Assembly (NCBI GenBank): GCA_041667145.1
Contig: JBAYFP010000003.1
Span: 8,424-72,423, forward strand
Direction of reading: 5' to 3'
DNA from: Minisyncoccota bacterium
GTDB lineage: Bacteria; Patescibacteriota; Minisyncoccia; Phycocordibacterales; UBA9973
Length of the DNA: 64,000 nucleotides
Part shown: positions 46,826 through 56,368 of the stretch, one piece after another
Layout: each line of letters begins with the position of its first letter
How positions within the stretch are numbered: the stretch's first letter is position 1
Notes under the pieces: generated by a model
Database searches by the model: none
What the model was told of the DNA's origin: nothing
Seen by the model: the letters and a program-made list of their open reading frames with translations, nothing else
Translations under genes and position numbers: made by a program

Positions 46826-47292
46826 GAAAAAATATCTGTTATATAAAATTGCAATGTCTTTACTACTGTCGCGCCTCCCTCAGGCCAAGATACTGTCACT
46901 GTAACTAATTTTGTTCCTGAATCAGGAGTGCCACCAAGACTGACGATTTTCGAAGTATCGTCTCTATTAACATTCGTTATGTTAACCGTACGTGTAAAAA
47001 TCCCAATTGTGGAAGAAGTAGACGATAAAGTCCAAATTTTATTAACACTATCAAAAGTCGGATAGTAAGTGCCATTAGAAATATTACTCCAAGCATTATC
47101 ACGAACGACTCGAACGACTTCAGCTCCTTCTTCTAATAAAAAAGATGTCTGATAAATGTGTAAAGACTGACGAGAGATAGAAATAGCTTTTTGTGTGACA
47201 AACATCGCAGCCAGCATAGAAACGACAATAATAGAAATACCTACTAATATTTCAACAGTCATAAAACCTCCATTTTTTCTAAAATTTGTCAT
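46822..47292 (-). CDS. Prepilin-type pseudopilin / minor pilin.
   Basis: 156 aa. GGFMTVEILVGISIIVVSMLAA N-terminus. Confidence 0.55.
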   Translation of the reverse strand: MTNFRKNGGFMTVEILVGISIIVVSMLAAMFVTQKAISISRQSLHIYQTSFLLEEGAEVVRVVRDNAWSNISNGTYYPTFDSVNKIWTLSSTSSTIGIFTRTVNITNVNRDDTSKIVSLGGTPDSGTKLVTVTVSWPEGGATVVKTLQFYITDIFS

Positions 47293-47295
47293 TTT

Positions 47296-47769
47296 TTAAT
47301 TTACACTAACTGTCCCCGTTGGAGAAATCGTTATAATTTTAGAGTAAGAAGACGTAGATATTGTAACTGTATTTACGCCAGAATTACTCGGTGTCCCCGA
47401 GGGACGATTAAAATAAATATCTCCAGATGTCCCACTTACACCATTGATTGTAACATTTGAAATAACGGCAGGTGAAGTTATATTTGTTGTTTTATTATCA
47501 ACTGCATTAGACGAAAAAACTTTACCCTTAAAAAGAATCATTTTATCAGATTGAAAATGTACACCATACTCTGAAGAATTTACCGAAGCCAAGCTTTGAG
47601 CTTGCGCAGTATGAAGTACAGAAGTGATATCACCTACTGTATTTTTAAGTATTTGATTTTCTTTCATTTTTGAAAATTGTGGTAATACAACCGCAACTAA
47701 AATACCAATAATAGCGACAACCATCAGCATTTCAATCATCGTTATTCCTTTTTTATAAAAATTTTGCAT
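47296..47769 (-). CDS. Type IV pilin (candidate major pilin).
   Basis: 157 aa. KKGITMIEMLMVVAIIGILVAVVLP resembles the G/FTLIEL prepilin methylation motif. Confidence 0.65.
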   Translation of the reverse strand: MQNFYKKGITMIEMLMVVAIIGILVAVVLPQFSKMKENQILKNTVGDITSVLHTAQAQSLASVNSSEYGVHFQSDKMILFKGKVFSSNAVDNKTTNITSPAVISNVTINGVSGTSGDIYFNRPSGTPSNSGVNTVTISTSSYSKIITISPTGTVSVN

Positions 47770-49004
47770 TATTTTATATTATCCATTACTGAATACAAAG
47801 GTGAAATCATAGAAATAGCAAAAAATCCGACAGCAGCACCGATAAATACCATGAGCACCGGCTCAATAATCGTGGAAAGGTTTTTTGTTTTATTTTCTAT
47901 TTCTTCTTCATAAAAAAGAGCTACTTGAAGCAACATATCAGATAGTTTCCCCGTCTCCTCTCCGACCTCTATCATCTCCGACATCATTATCGGGTAAAGA
48001 TATGGATTTTCTGAAAAAGCTTTAGAAAAAAGCGCACCTTTTTGTATATCTTCCTTAGCCTGCATCAAAACTTTTTTATAATAAATATTCTGCACGACAT
48101 CTCCTGTTATCTCTATCGCTCGAATTATGGAAACTCCTGACAATAATAAAGAAGACATGGTGCGTGTAGTGCGAGCAGTGTTTAATTCTTTAGATAATTT
48201 ACCAATAATCGGCAACCTTATAACTATAAAATCAATATACTTCTTCATAAAAGGAGCCCGAAATAAATAAATAAAACCGACAACAAACCCTATTATCAAG
48301 CCAAAAGACAAAATCAAATATTGGGAAAAGAAAGTACCCAAAGCAATTATGAATTCTGTCGAGGCTGGAAGTTTCGTCCCGAGTTCTTTAAAAGTCCCTG
48401 CAAGCGTCGGCACGACAAATGCAAACATCAAAATACCTATTATGACCATGGCGCAAAGTATCACTCCTGGATACATGAGTGCCCCTTTTACTTTTTTAGT
48501 TATTGAATGAGCTTTTTCTAAATTCATACCGACTTCAGACAATGCACCAGCAAAATTGCCTGATTCCTCACCTGCTTTTGTCATCGATATAAAAAGATTA
48601 GAAAAAGTTTTTGGGAATTTTGCTAAACCTGAAGAAAGTGTTCCACCCGTATCTATCTCGTTGCTCAATGATGTTAAAATATTACTAAATGCAGGATTTT
48701 TGGTTTGTTTTTTAAGAACTGATAATGCTCTTGAAAGAGAAAGCCCCGCTCGAAGCATTCCGCCTAAATTTTTAGTAAAAAGAATTTGTTCTTCAATTTT
48801 TACTTTCGAAAAAATACGAGCAAAAATCAATGAAAAATCAAGCGAAGTAATTTTTTTCTCTTTTATGGATCTAGGAATGTTTCCCTTGGATCTTAATTCA
48901 CGAGAAAGTGAAAAACGATCGACTGCCTCCATCGTGCCTTCAAAAATTTCTCCCGTCTTCAATTTTGCCTTATAAGAGAAGAGCATATTATTCTGATACA
49001 ACAC
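47769..49004 (-). CDS. pilC: Type IV pilus / T2SS platform protein PilC (GspF family).
   Basis: 411 aa. Duplicated T2SSF domains with three TM segments. Confidence 0.85.
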   Translation of the reverse strand: MLYQNNMLFSYKAKLKTGEIFEGTMEAVDRFSLSRELRSKGNIPRSIKEKKITSLDFSLIFARIFSKVKIEEQILFTKNLGGMLRAGLSLSRALSVLKKQTKNPAFSNILTSLSNEIDTGGTLSSGLAKFPKTFSNLFISMTKAGEESGNFAGALSEVGMNLEKAHSITKKVKGALMYPGVILCAMVIIGILMFAFVVPTLAGTFKELGTKLPASTEFIIALGTFFSQYLILSFGLIIGFVVGFIYLFRAPFMKKYIDFIVIRLPIIGKLSKELNTARTTRTMSSLLLSGVSIIRAIEITGDVVQNIYYKKVLMQAKEDIQKGALFSKAFSENPYLYPIMMSEMIEVGEETGKLSDMLLQVALFYEEEIENKTKNLSTIIEPVLMVFIGAAVGFFAISMISPLYSVMDNIK

Positions 49005-50763
49005 GAAATACTTCTTCCAAACTCGTATTCCCTAAAACTGCTTGAAAAACACCATCCTCGAGAATCGTCATCATCCCCTCCTTTTTCGCTTGCACCTCTA
49101 TTTCATCTTGAGAACTTCCACGAATAATCATTTCTTTTATAGAAGCCGTCACTTTTAACACTTCATGTATTCCAATACGACTTGCATACCCATCTACTGA
49201 TTCAGCATTCTTCACTGGTTTATAAAATGGAACTGTCGCCCACGTATCTTTTGGTCCTATGACTTTTTCATTTTTTAATAATAAAAGCATACGATCGAGA
49301 TCAATGAGTTTCGCTAAATTTTTCAACTCATCTGTTGATAAAAAATATTTCTCTTTATTCGATACAAGCTTTCGCACTAATCTCTGCGCAATGATAGTTT
49401 TTACTGTCGAAATTATCAAAAATGGCAACACTCCCATATCTATCAATCTTGGGATAGCCCCTGAAGCGGAATTGGTATGTATCGTAGACAATACAAGATG
49501 TCCTGTAAGAGAAGCATTCACTGCGAGCCCTGCTGTCTCTCCATCACGGATCTCTCCGACCATGATGATATCGGGGTCTTGACGCAAAAGAGAACGAAGT
49601 CCATTTGCAAAGGTAAGTCCGATTTCTGGTTTTACTTGAGTTTGGTTCACACGTGGCATTTGATACTCTATCGGATCTTCTACTGTAGAAATATTTACTT
49701 CTGGTCTATTTAGAATTTCAAGAAGAGTATAAAGCGTCGTCGTCTTTCCGCTTCCTGTAGGCCCTGTGGCGAGCACCATACCTATCCTTTGTTTCATAGA
49801 ATCATGAATGCGTTCGAGTCCTTCGCCATGGAAACCAAGTGTCTCGAGAGAATATCCATGCGCCCCTTCTTTTAAGATTCTTATTACTGTCTTTTCACCA
49901 TAAAAAGTCGGAAGAGTAGAAACACGGAAGGAAACCCTTTCTCCATTTTGTTCGATTTTAAATCTGCCGTCTTGAGGCAATCTTTTTTCATCCAATTTTA
50001 AATTCGCCAGCACTTTTATACGAGTTGTTATACCCGGGCCCGCTCCTCTCTCTAGTATCATGGCATCATGTAAAATACCATCGATCCTGTATCTGACAGT
50101 CAATTCATTTTCTCCTGGTTCAATATGAATATCGGAAGCATTTTGCAAGATGGCATGAAAGATTAAAGAGTCTACAATTTTTACCACTGGTAAATCTTCA
50201 GCCAATTCTTTTAGTTCTTCGCCAGTTTTTTCTAAATTTTCTTCACTCTCACCAATCGGAACAGATTTCTTTAAATCATCTTTCAATGAGACAGCTTCCT
50301 TTTGAATAAAATTACTAAAATCAGCTTGCAAACTTTTTCTGTATTGTACAAGAGCTGATTTTATTGAGACACTGTCTGTAAGTCTAGAAAGAATTTTTTC
50401 TCCTGCACGTTTTTTAATAAAATCGATCATCGGAAGATCATCGACATCGAGCATCGCTATTTCAAGCCCTGTATCACTTTTTTTATAAGCAATAATATTA
50501 TGATTTCTAGCTATCGGTTCAGGAATGAGAGAGAGCACAGAAAGATCAATCTTTTTATTAACTAAACTGACAAAAGGTATTCCTAAAACAAATGCTTCCA
50601 TCCTTTTCAAATCAGTTTCAGATATTTTCCCATTTGATAATAAAATATCACCAAGTTTTTGTTTTTTTGTTTCTGCTTCTTTTACTAAACCATCGATATC
50701 AGAACGCGAAACAAGTCCAGATTCTAAAATAACTTTTTTAAATTGCTCCTCATCGATTACCAT
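48988..50763 (-). CDS. pilB: Type IV pilus assembly ATPase PilB (GspE family).
   Basis: 591 aa. Walker A VLATGPTGSGKTTTLYTLL. Asp and His boxes. N-terminal T2SSE_N domain. Confidence 0.9.
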   Translation of the reverse strand: MVIDEEQFKKVILESGLVSRSDIDGLVKEAETKKQKLGDILLSNGKISETDLKRMEAFVLGIPFVSLVNKKIDLSVLSLIPEPIARNHNIIAYKKSDTGLEIAMLDVDDLPMIDFIKKRAGEKILSRLTDSVSIKSALVQYRKSLQADFSNFIQKEAVSLKDDLKKSVPIGESEENLEKTGEELKELAEDLPVVKIVDSLIFHAILQNASDIHIEPGENELTVRYRIDGILHDAMILERGAGPGITTRIKVLANLKLDEKRLPQDGRFKIEQNGERVSFRVSTLPTFYGEKTVIRILKEGAHGYSLETLGFHGEGLERIHDSMKQRIGMVLATGPTGSGKTTTLYTLLEILNRPEVNISTVEDPIEYQMPRVNQTQVKPEIGLTFANGLRSLLRQDPDIIMVGEIRDGETAGLAVNASLTGHLVLSTIHTNSASGAIPRLIDMGVLPFLIISTVKTIIAQRLVRKLVSNKEKYFLSTDELKNLAKLIDLDRMLLLLKNEKVIGPKDTWATVPFYKPVKNAESVDGYASRIGIHEVLKVTASIKEMIIRGSSQDEIEVQAKKEGMMTILEDGVFQAVLGNTSLEEVFRVVSE

Positions 50764-50777
50764 AACTCCATTATATC

Positions 50778-50805
50778 AAAAAATCCCCCACATGGGGGAT
50801 TTTTT
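50778..50805. terminator. Bidirectional hairpin aaaaaatccccca-cat-gggggatttttt.
   Basis: Perfect 11 bp stem flanked by A and T runs, between pilB and the upstream 840 aa gene. Confidence 0.55.
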
Positions 50806-50824
50806 GATAAATAAATTTTTATTT

Positions 50825-53347
50825 TTACCACTCTAAAAGAACATACCCAGATTTACCATTAGCACCAGTTCCAGCATGAATACCACCAGAAGCACCGACA
50901 CCAAAACCACTACCATTAGTACCAGAGAAAAAAGTCAAACCACCTTTACCAACAACTTCACCTGTAGAACTTGTGCCAGAAATTCCATCTGTACCAGATT
51001 CACCGTCAATTCCATCAACACCAGAAGTGACAGAACCACCAGAACCACCAGAACCAGGAGCAGGGGGATTATTGCCACCTGTCCCCCCAGCCGTACCACC
51101 AGAACCACCTAAGGCAAATACACTCGTTGAAGAATTAGTTACATACACTCCAGCCTTCACTCCAGAATAACCATTCCTTGTAGCAAGACCACCAGAACCA
51201 CCACCACCACTATATATTTGAATCCAATCACCTTCCGTCACAGTAATTTCTCTCTTAAAAATAAATCCACCACCACCACCACCACCACCGGGACCACCGT
51301 TAAATGAACCACTACCAGCATAACCACCACCACCACCACCACCACCACCGGCGACTGCAGTAACCCAAATTTTTGTTACACCGTTGGGTACAATCCATTT
51401 AATGGGCACAGCATAATCTAAAGAACCTTTATAATACAATCTCCCACTTGGTGTCGCTGCTGTCTTTTGTATTGTATCATCAGGAAACTTAAAACCAGAA
51501 AAAGATTTAACATTACCAGTAGCGTCTATTATCATCCTAAGAGAATTAGACATGTTCCCTCCTGTATAAAATCTTATATCACCTTCAGGAGTTAAACTAC
51601 TATTATTATATGCAACAATATTTAATCCCCCTGCGCCACTTGCGTCAAGTAATGCCCCATTTGGAATAGCTATATCACCATTACTGCCAGAAACAAATCC
51701 AGAAGAAAATACATCTAACTGTACAGTAGCTTTATCTGATTCACTTATAATTTGGTTCATAACATTGGGTCCTGTATTTTTGTTTCGAACCGATAATCCA
51801 CCTGTCGTATTTATTTTACCGTTTACTTCCAACTTAGCATTTGGTGCTGTTGTTCCTGTTCCAATCCCAACATTTCCCCCATTAAACAATATATCACCTA
51901 CGTTTGGTATATTATTTTTCGCATTAACATTAACAATTCCAATAACTGTCCCATCAGAACCTGTACAATTGCCAACACTATTATTCGTACATATAGCGCC
52001 ATAAGAATAAATACTATCATTAGCGGCTATACTTTGCGCTCCTAATGCATAATAAGCATTATTTGCCCCAGTTCCACTTCCAGAAGAACCACCAGCAACA
52101 AATAATTTGCTTAGTGGAGCCGTTGTCCCAATTCCAACATTACCTGAACCTTTTATAACTAAAGCGTCACTCGTTATACCACTTGCAAAATTATTAGATG
52201 TTCCAAAATGTAATTCAGAGCCACTTGCTGTCGGCAACATTGCTATTTTTGCTATTGGTGTAGAATTTAATGAATATCTAAATGAAATAGTTGAATAATT
52301 ATTAATAGTACCTCCAGAAATTTTTAATATTCCAGAATTCACAGTATTACCTAAAAACGAGGTCTCTCCGCTCGTATCAGTAAGCTCTAATTTCGCAGTT
52401 GGATTAGTATTTCCTATCCCCACATCCCCACCAGCATTGTAATAAATATTCGTCCCATTCGTCGTCCATTGACTAGCTACTACTGCACTTGGCGTGACCC
52501 ACGTCGGCACACCAGCACCATTTGATTGCAATACCTGACCTGCAGTACCAGCCAAACCACCTGGCATAAGTGCACCAGAGAATTTAATATTTCCAACAAC
52601 ATCTAATTTTTCTGCAGGCTCTATTGTCCCAATACCAAAATTCGCACCATTATTAATATAACTTTTTATACCTACCCCTCCTAAAAAATTATTATTAGGA
52701 CCTGTAGTGTTACCTGTACCAAAAATCGCCAAGCCCAACCCGGACTTTCGGATATACATATTCTGCCCAACAGTATCAGAAAAAACTAAATTAGGAGACA
52801 AAACACTAGAAGCTGTATTGTTCTTTAAAATAAAGGCAGCTGTATAATCACTACTTATAGATTTAATAGTACCTAAAGCATCCACATTTCCATTGACATA
52901 CAATTTTGCTGTACCTGCATCATTTGCACCAATAGCCACACCGCCATTATTTGCAGTATATCCCCCAGGATAAATTGCTAAGTCTCCATTCCAAGCACCC
53001 ATATCAACAATTCCAGGAGTATCTCCTGTTCTTTCTAGTCGCAACTGTACACCCAAGTTTTCAGCCGATACATGTAATTTTGCTGCGGGGATTGTTGCTG
53101 TTACTTCACCAGTTCCAATACCAACCTTCCCGTCAAAAACCGCAGTTGTAAAAGATTTAAAACCATTGACAGCAAAAGCACCATCTTTTTGTTGGGGAAC
53201 AGTACCTGCATTTATTGGAGGATTAATATCACCTCCAGTTGGAGATGTGAGTGGAGCACTGTAACCTGCAGCAAAAATTTGTATTGATAAAGCAAACAAT
53301 GCCAACACTAGAACTGATTTTAAAATTACTTTTATTTTTTGACTCAT
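50825..53347 (-). CDS. Large secreted protein with tail-fibre-like G-x-V-G-I-G-T-x-x-P-x-A-K-L-x-V repeats and a Gly-rich C-terminal domain.
   Basis: 840 aa. Signal peptide. At least five copies of G[ND][VF]GIGT..P.AKL[EHD][VL]. C-terminal poly-Gly blocks (GGGGGGGGYAGSGSFNGGPGGGGGGGG) ending in YVLLEW. Lies immediately upstream of pilB in the same orientation. Confidence 0.5.
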   Translation of the reverse strand: MSQKIKVILKSVLVLALFALSIQIFAAGYSAPLTSPTGGDINPPINAGTVPQQKDGAFAVNGFKSFTTAVFDGKVGIGTGEVTATIPAAKLHVSAENLGVQLRLERTGDTPGIVDMGAWNGDLAIYPGGYTANNGGVAIGANDAGTAKLYVNGNVDALGTIKSISSDYTAAFILKNNTASSVLSPNLVFSDTVGQNMYIRKSGLGLAIFGTGNTTGPNNNFLGGVGIKSYINNGANFGIGTIEPAEKLDVVGNIKFSGALMPGGLAGTAGQVLQSNGAGVPTWVTPSAVVASQWTTNGTNIYYNAGGDVGIGNTNPTAKLELTDTSGETSFLGNTVNSGILKISGGTINNYSTISFRYSLNSTPIAKIAMLPTASGSELHFGTSNNFASGITSDALVIKGSGNVGIGTTAPLSKLFVAGGSSGSGTGANNAYYALGAQSIAANDSIYSYGAICTNNSVGNCTGSDGTVIGIVNVNAKNNIPNVGDILFNGGNVGIGTGTTAPNAKLEVNGKINTTGGLSVRNKNTGPNVMNQIISESDKATVQLDVFSSGFVSGSNGDIAIPNGALLDASGAGGLNIVAYNNSSLTPEGDIRFYTGGNMSNSLRMIIDATGNVKSFSGFKFPDDTIQKTAATPSGRLYYKGSLDYAVPIKWIVPNGVTKIWVTAVAGGGGGGGGGYAGSGSFNGGPGGGGGGGGFIFKREITVTEGDWIQIYSGGGGSGGLATRNGYSGVKAGVYVTNSSTSVFALGGSGGTAGGTGGNNPPAPGSGGSGGSVTSGVDGIDGESGTDGISGTSSTGEVVGKGGLTFFSGTNGSGFGVGASGGIHAGTGANGKSGYVLLEW

Positions 53348-53393
53348 AATTTTTAATTAATTAATAAATTTATCTAATAATTATACTACTTTT

Positions 53394-54347
53394 TTAATGT
53401 TCTATATATGTTGGAATTTTAGTATCAACAGGGTCTGGTATTGGGATAATACACTCTTCCGGTTTTGGATCAGCATCACAATATTCTGGTGGTTTTCGCA
53501 AGAGGAAAACTGGATCTGCATTAATAATTTTACTATTTAAATTATCAAAACAATGTAAATCGTATTTTACTGGACTCTCGCTAACAGGGACAATAACTAT
53601 TTTAGAAGAGGAACTACCCAACGCAGGAGCATCCTCTACATCTCCATCCCAAGAAATATCACTAGAAGTATTTGAAGCTTTACAATCAGTCAATTTACTA
53701 CTTGTCATTGAACTCCAACTAAGTTTATTTTTATATAAAGGAGGGTAAGAGTAAGTAACTGGTGCTGAATTAAAATTAATCATTGAGGTACCAGCAATTT
53801 TCATCACAACTTTACTAAAATCAATCCATCCGACAATATCAGGACCACCCCAAGCATAGCTATCCGCTGTTTGATTTAATTTAACTCCATAATTTGCTCC
53901 ACTTAAACTAACCCACCCATCCCATCCACCAGTAGCAGTCGTTGGCAATAAAGCACCAGAACATCCAGATGCAAATACTGAACAAAATCTTGCCCAACCG
54001 ACGAGATTATTACCCTCTTTTCGTGCAGAACATATACCTGAAGGACAACCAGTGAGTTCATTACTATTGAAACTCAACCAGCCATAATTAGAAGACCACG
54101 CATAACCAGAAACATCCCCAGATAGATCAATATTTACACCATAATCTGCAATACCACAATTCCCAGTAGAAACACAATTATTAAAAGAAAGCCAACCCAT
54201 ACCACCCCCCTCACTATCAGCTGACCACCCATATCCTGAAACATTTTGTAAAACACTTGAATCTACTGGATGGTTAAAACCAAAATAAACAGAAAAAATC
54301 AAAATCGTAACACTCACTATAAGAAAATTTTTAAAATTATTTTTCAT
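53394..54347 (-). CDS. Secreted repeat protein (G-Y-x-W-S...G-W-L-S-F-N repeats).
   Basis: 317 aa. Signal peptide. Repeated GYGWSADSEGGGMGWLSFNN, GYAWSSNYGWLSFNS, GWARF and GWIDF. Cys pairs. Confidence 0.4.
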   Translation of the reverse strand: MKNNFKNFLIVSVTILIFSVYFGFNHPVDSSVLQNVSGYGWSADSEGGGMGWLSFNNCVSTGNCGIADYGVNIDLSGDVSGYAWSSNYGWLSFNSNELTGCPSGICSARKEGNNLVGWARFCSVFASGCSGALLPTTATGGWDGWVSLSGANYGVKLNQTADSYAWGGPDIVGWIDFSKVVMKIAGTSMINFNSAPVTYSYPPLYKNKLSWSSMTSSKLTDCKASNTSSDISWDGDVEDAPALGSSSSKIVIVPVSESPVKYDLHCFDNLNSKIINADPVFLLRKPPEYCDADPKPEECIIPIPDPVDTKIPTYIEH

Positions 54348-54353
54348 AAACTT

Positions 54354-54782
54354 CTATGGTTTAAAATTATTTAATGAATTTAATATATCATTTTGATTTA
54401 TGTCTGGTGCTTTAAAAGAATTTAAGTCGTTCATTACTTCTGCTTCAGTTTTTGGCTTAGTTTGAGTTTTTGATTTTACACCAACATTCGAAGAGTTATC
54501 GTCTACTGTACCGGTAGTTGTAGAAAGAACAGTCGGAGCCTTAAATGAATTTAGTTCTTTTGTTACTTCCGTTTCAGTTTTCACATTGGCTGGATCTAAC
54601 TTAAAACTATTAAGTTCAGTCATCACTGCTTCTTGGCGCAACTGCTCAGCAGTTTTTTGCTCAGCTGTCCTCTCTTCCGTATTCTTCGTAAGATTTTGAT
54701 TTTCAATATATAAGTAAACACCGACAGCACAGGAGATAACTACCAAAAACAAAACTAGTAAAATAATATTTTTCCTAGACAT
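54354..54782 (-). CDS. Small membrane-anchored protein with four [ED]LNSFKAP repeats.
   Basis: 142 aa. N-terminal TM segment. ELNSFKLDP, ELNSFKAPT, DLNSFKAPD and LNNFKP. Confidence 0.35.
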   Translation of the reverse strand: MSRKNIILLVLFLVVISCAVGVYLYIENQNLTKNTEERTAEQKTAEQLRQEAVMTELNSFKLDPANVKTETEVTKELNSFKAPTVLSTTTGTVDDNSSNVGVKSKTQTKPKTEAEVMNDLNSFKAPDINQNDILNSLNNFKP

Positions 54783-54849
54783 ATCATTTATTATACAACA
54801 TTAAAATATATAAAGGAAAGAAATAGAAGATGTGGATAAGTAAAAAGTA

Positions 54850-54878
54850 TTGCAAAAAAAGACAATAAGTGCTATATT
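54850..54878 (+). promoter_or_regulatory. Sigma70-like promoter (TTGCAA-17 nt-TATATT) upstream of nusA.
   Basis: Near-consensus -35 and -10 hexamers with a 17 nt spacer. Confidence 0.5.
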
Positions 54879-54888
54879 GTCAATATAT

Positions 54889-54916
54889 GAGTCCTGTCGC
54901 AACAGGGCTTTTTTAT
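54889..54916 (+). terminator. Leader hairpin (gtcctg-tcgcaa-cagggc) followed by a U-run, about 10 nt downstream of the predicted promoter. Candidate nusA leader attenuator.
   Basis: 6 bp stem followed by ttttttatt. Confidence 0.4.
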
Positions 54917-54950
54917 TAAAATAATGAGCAAAGCGAATATATTTTAAAAA

Positions 54951-55010
54951 CCCTGTTAAATAGCTTTTGTTTAACAAAAGCTAAAATTTAAAAAATTTTA
55001 TTTAACAGGG
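54951..55010 (+). promoter_or_regulatory. Nested hairpin in the nusA leader (ccctgttaaata ... tatttaacaggg enclosing agcttttgtt-taa-caaaagct).
   Basis: 12 bp outer stem and 9 bp inner stem, read directly from the sequence. Confidence 0.4.
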
Positions 55011-55052
55011 TAAAGATTTTTATACTCACTATATGTTCGTTAAAAATCATTT

Positions 55053-56213
55053 ATGTTAGACATAAAAACATTCAAATCGGCTTTAGAGCAACTTGAAGAA
55101 GAGAAGAAAATTCCAAAAGAAAAAATATTAGACGCCATAGAGCAGGCCATGGCTGCTGCCTATAAAAAAGATTACGGCAAAAAAGGACAAATCATCCGAG
55201 CTAAATTTGATTTGGAAACTGGTAAAACAGATTTTTTTCAAATAAAAATAGTAGTCGATGACACTATTGCAAAAGTAGTTGATGAAAAAGAGGATGACAA
55301 GGAATATTCAGTAAAAGATGAAGCCGATGAACGTGTACGTTTCAATGGAGAACATCATATAATGCTCGAAGATGCGAAAAAAATAAAAAAGAATGTAGAA
55401 CTCAATGATGAAGTTGTCTTCCCTCTCGAGTCAAAAGAAGACTATGGACGTATCGCAGCTCAGACGGCCAAACAAGTCATCATTCAAAGAATTCGTGAAG
55501 CAGAAAGGACATCTATCATAGATGAATATGGCACAAAAGAAGGAGAAATAGTTACAGGTATCGTTCAAAAAATAGAAAGAGGCAATGTATATGTAGACTT
55601 CAATCGCGCAACGGGAATATTACCAGCTGAAGAACAAATCCCTGGAGAATTTTTCCAGAGAGGTCAACGTGTACGGGCTTATTTATATTCAGTAGAAGAT
55701 ACTCAAAGAGGCATCAATCTTCGCCTTTCTCGCAGTCATCCTAAGTTTATCGAAAAACTTTTTGCTATTGAAGCTCCAGAAATAGAAAATGGAACAGTAG
55801 AAATAAAATCTATCGCGAGAGAGGCTGGTGCCCGTTCAAAAATAGCAGTACATTCAAATGATGAACACATTGACCCTGTCGGTTCATGCGTCGGACAGAA
55901 AGGAACTCGTGTAAATACTATTACTCAAGAGCTTCTAGGAGAAAAAATAGACATCATCCCTTGGTCTGAAGACCCAAAAGAATTTGTCTCAAATTCTATC
56001 TCACCAGCCAAAGTGCTTTCAATAGAAATAGATGAAAAGGAACATAAAGCTGTAATAGAAGTCGCAGATGATCAACTTTCTCTAGCTATCGGAAAAGGTG
56101 GACAAAATGTACGTCTCGCAGCTAAGCTCACTGGGTGGAGAATAGATATCAAAGGCAATGGCAAAGAAGTCGCCACTACTGACGGAGAAAAAGTAGAAGT
56201 CAAAGAGGACTAA
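55053..56213 (+). CDS. nusA: Transcription termination/antitermination factor NusA.
   Basis: 386 aa. N-terminal domain, S1 domain (GEIVTGIVQKIERGNVYVDF) and two KH domains. Confidence 0.9.
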   Translation: MLDIKTFKSALEQLEEEKKIPKEKILDAIEQAMAAAYKKDYGKKGQIIRAKFDLETGKTDFFQIKIVVDDTIAKVVDEKEDDKEYSVKDEADERVRFNGEHHIMLEDAKKIKKNVELNDEVVFPLESKEDYGRIAAQTAKQVIIQRIREAERTSIIDEYGTKEGEIVTGIVQKIERGNVYVDFNRATGILPAEEQIPGEFFQRGQRVRAYLYSVEDTQRGINLRLSRSHPKFIEKLFAIEAPEIENGTVEIKSIAREAGARSKIAVHSNDEHIDPVGSCVGQKGTRVNTITQELLGEKIDIIPWSEDPKEFVSNSISPAKVLSIEIDEKEHKAVIEVADDQLSLAIGKGGQNVRLAAKLTGWRIDIKGNGKEVATTDGEKVEVKED

Positions 56214-56260
56214 AAACTGCAAAAATCGTTTTTATGAATTTTTTTGCATAAAAACAAAAA

Positions 56261-56355
56261 GGAGATACTTTTAAAGGGGTTTCGAGCGCGACGGCGCGAG
56301 AATTTCAGGATTTTTTAAGCTTCAAAAAATCCGTACCGGCTAAAAGTATCTCTTT
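56261..56355. other. Structured element between convergent nusA and hppA: inverted repeat gagatactttta / taaaagtatctc enclosing a GC-rich segment and the hairpin ggatttttt-aagcttc-aaaaaatcc.
   Basis: Read directly. Plausibly a bidirectional terminator complex or small RNA. Confidence 0.4.
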
Positions 56356-56368
56356 TTGTTTTTTTAAA

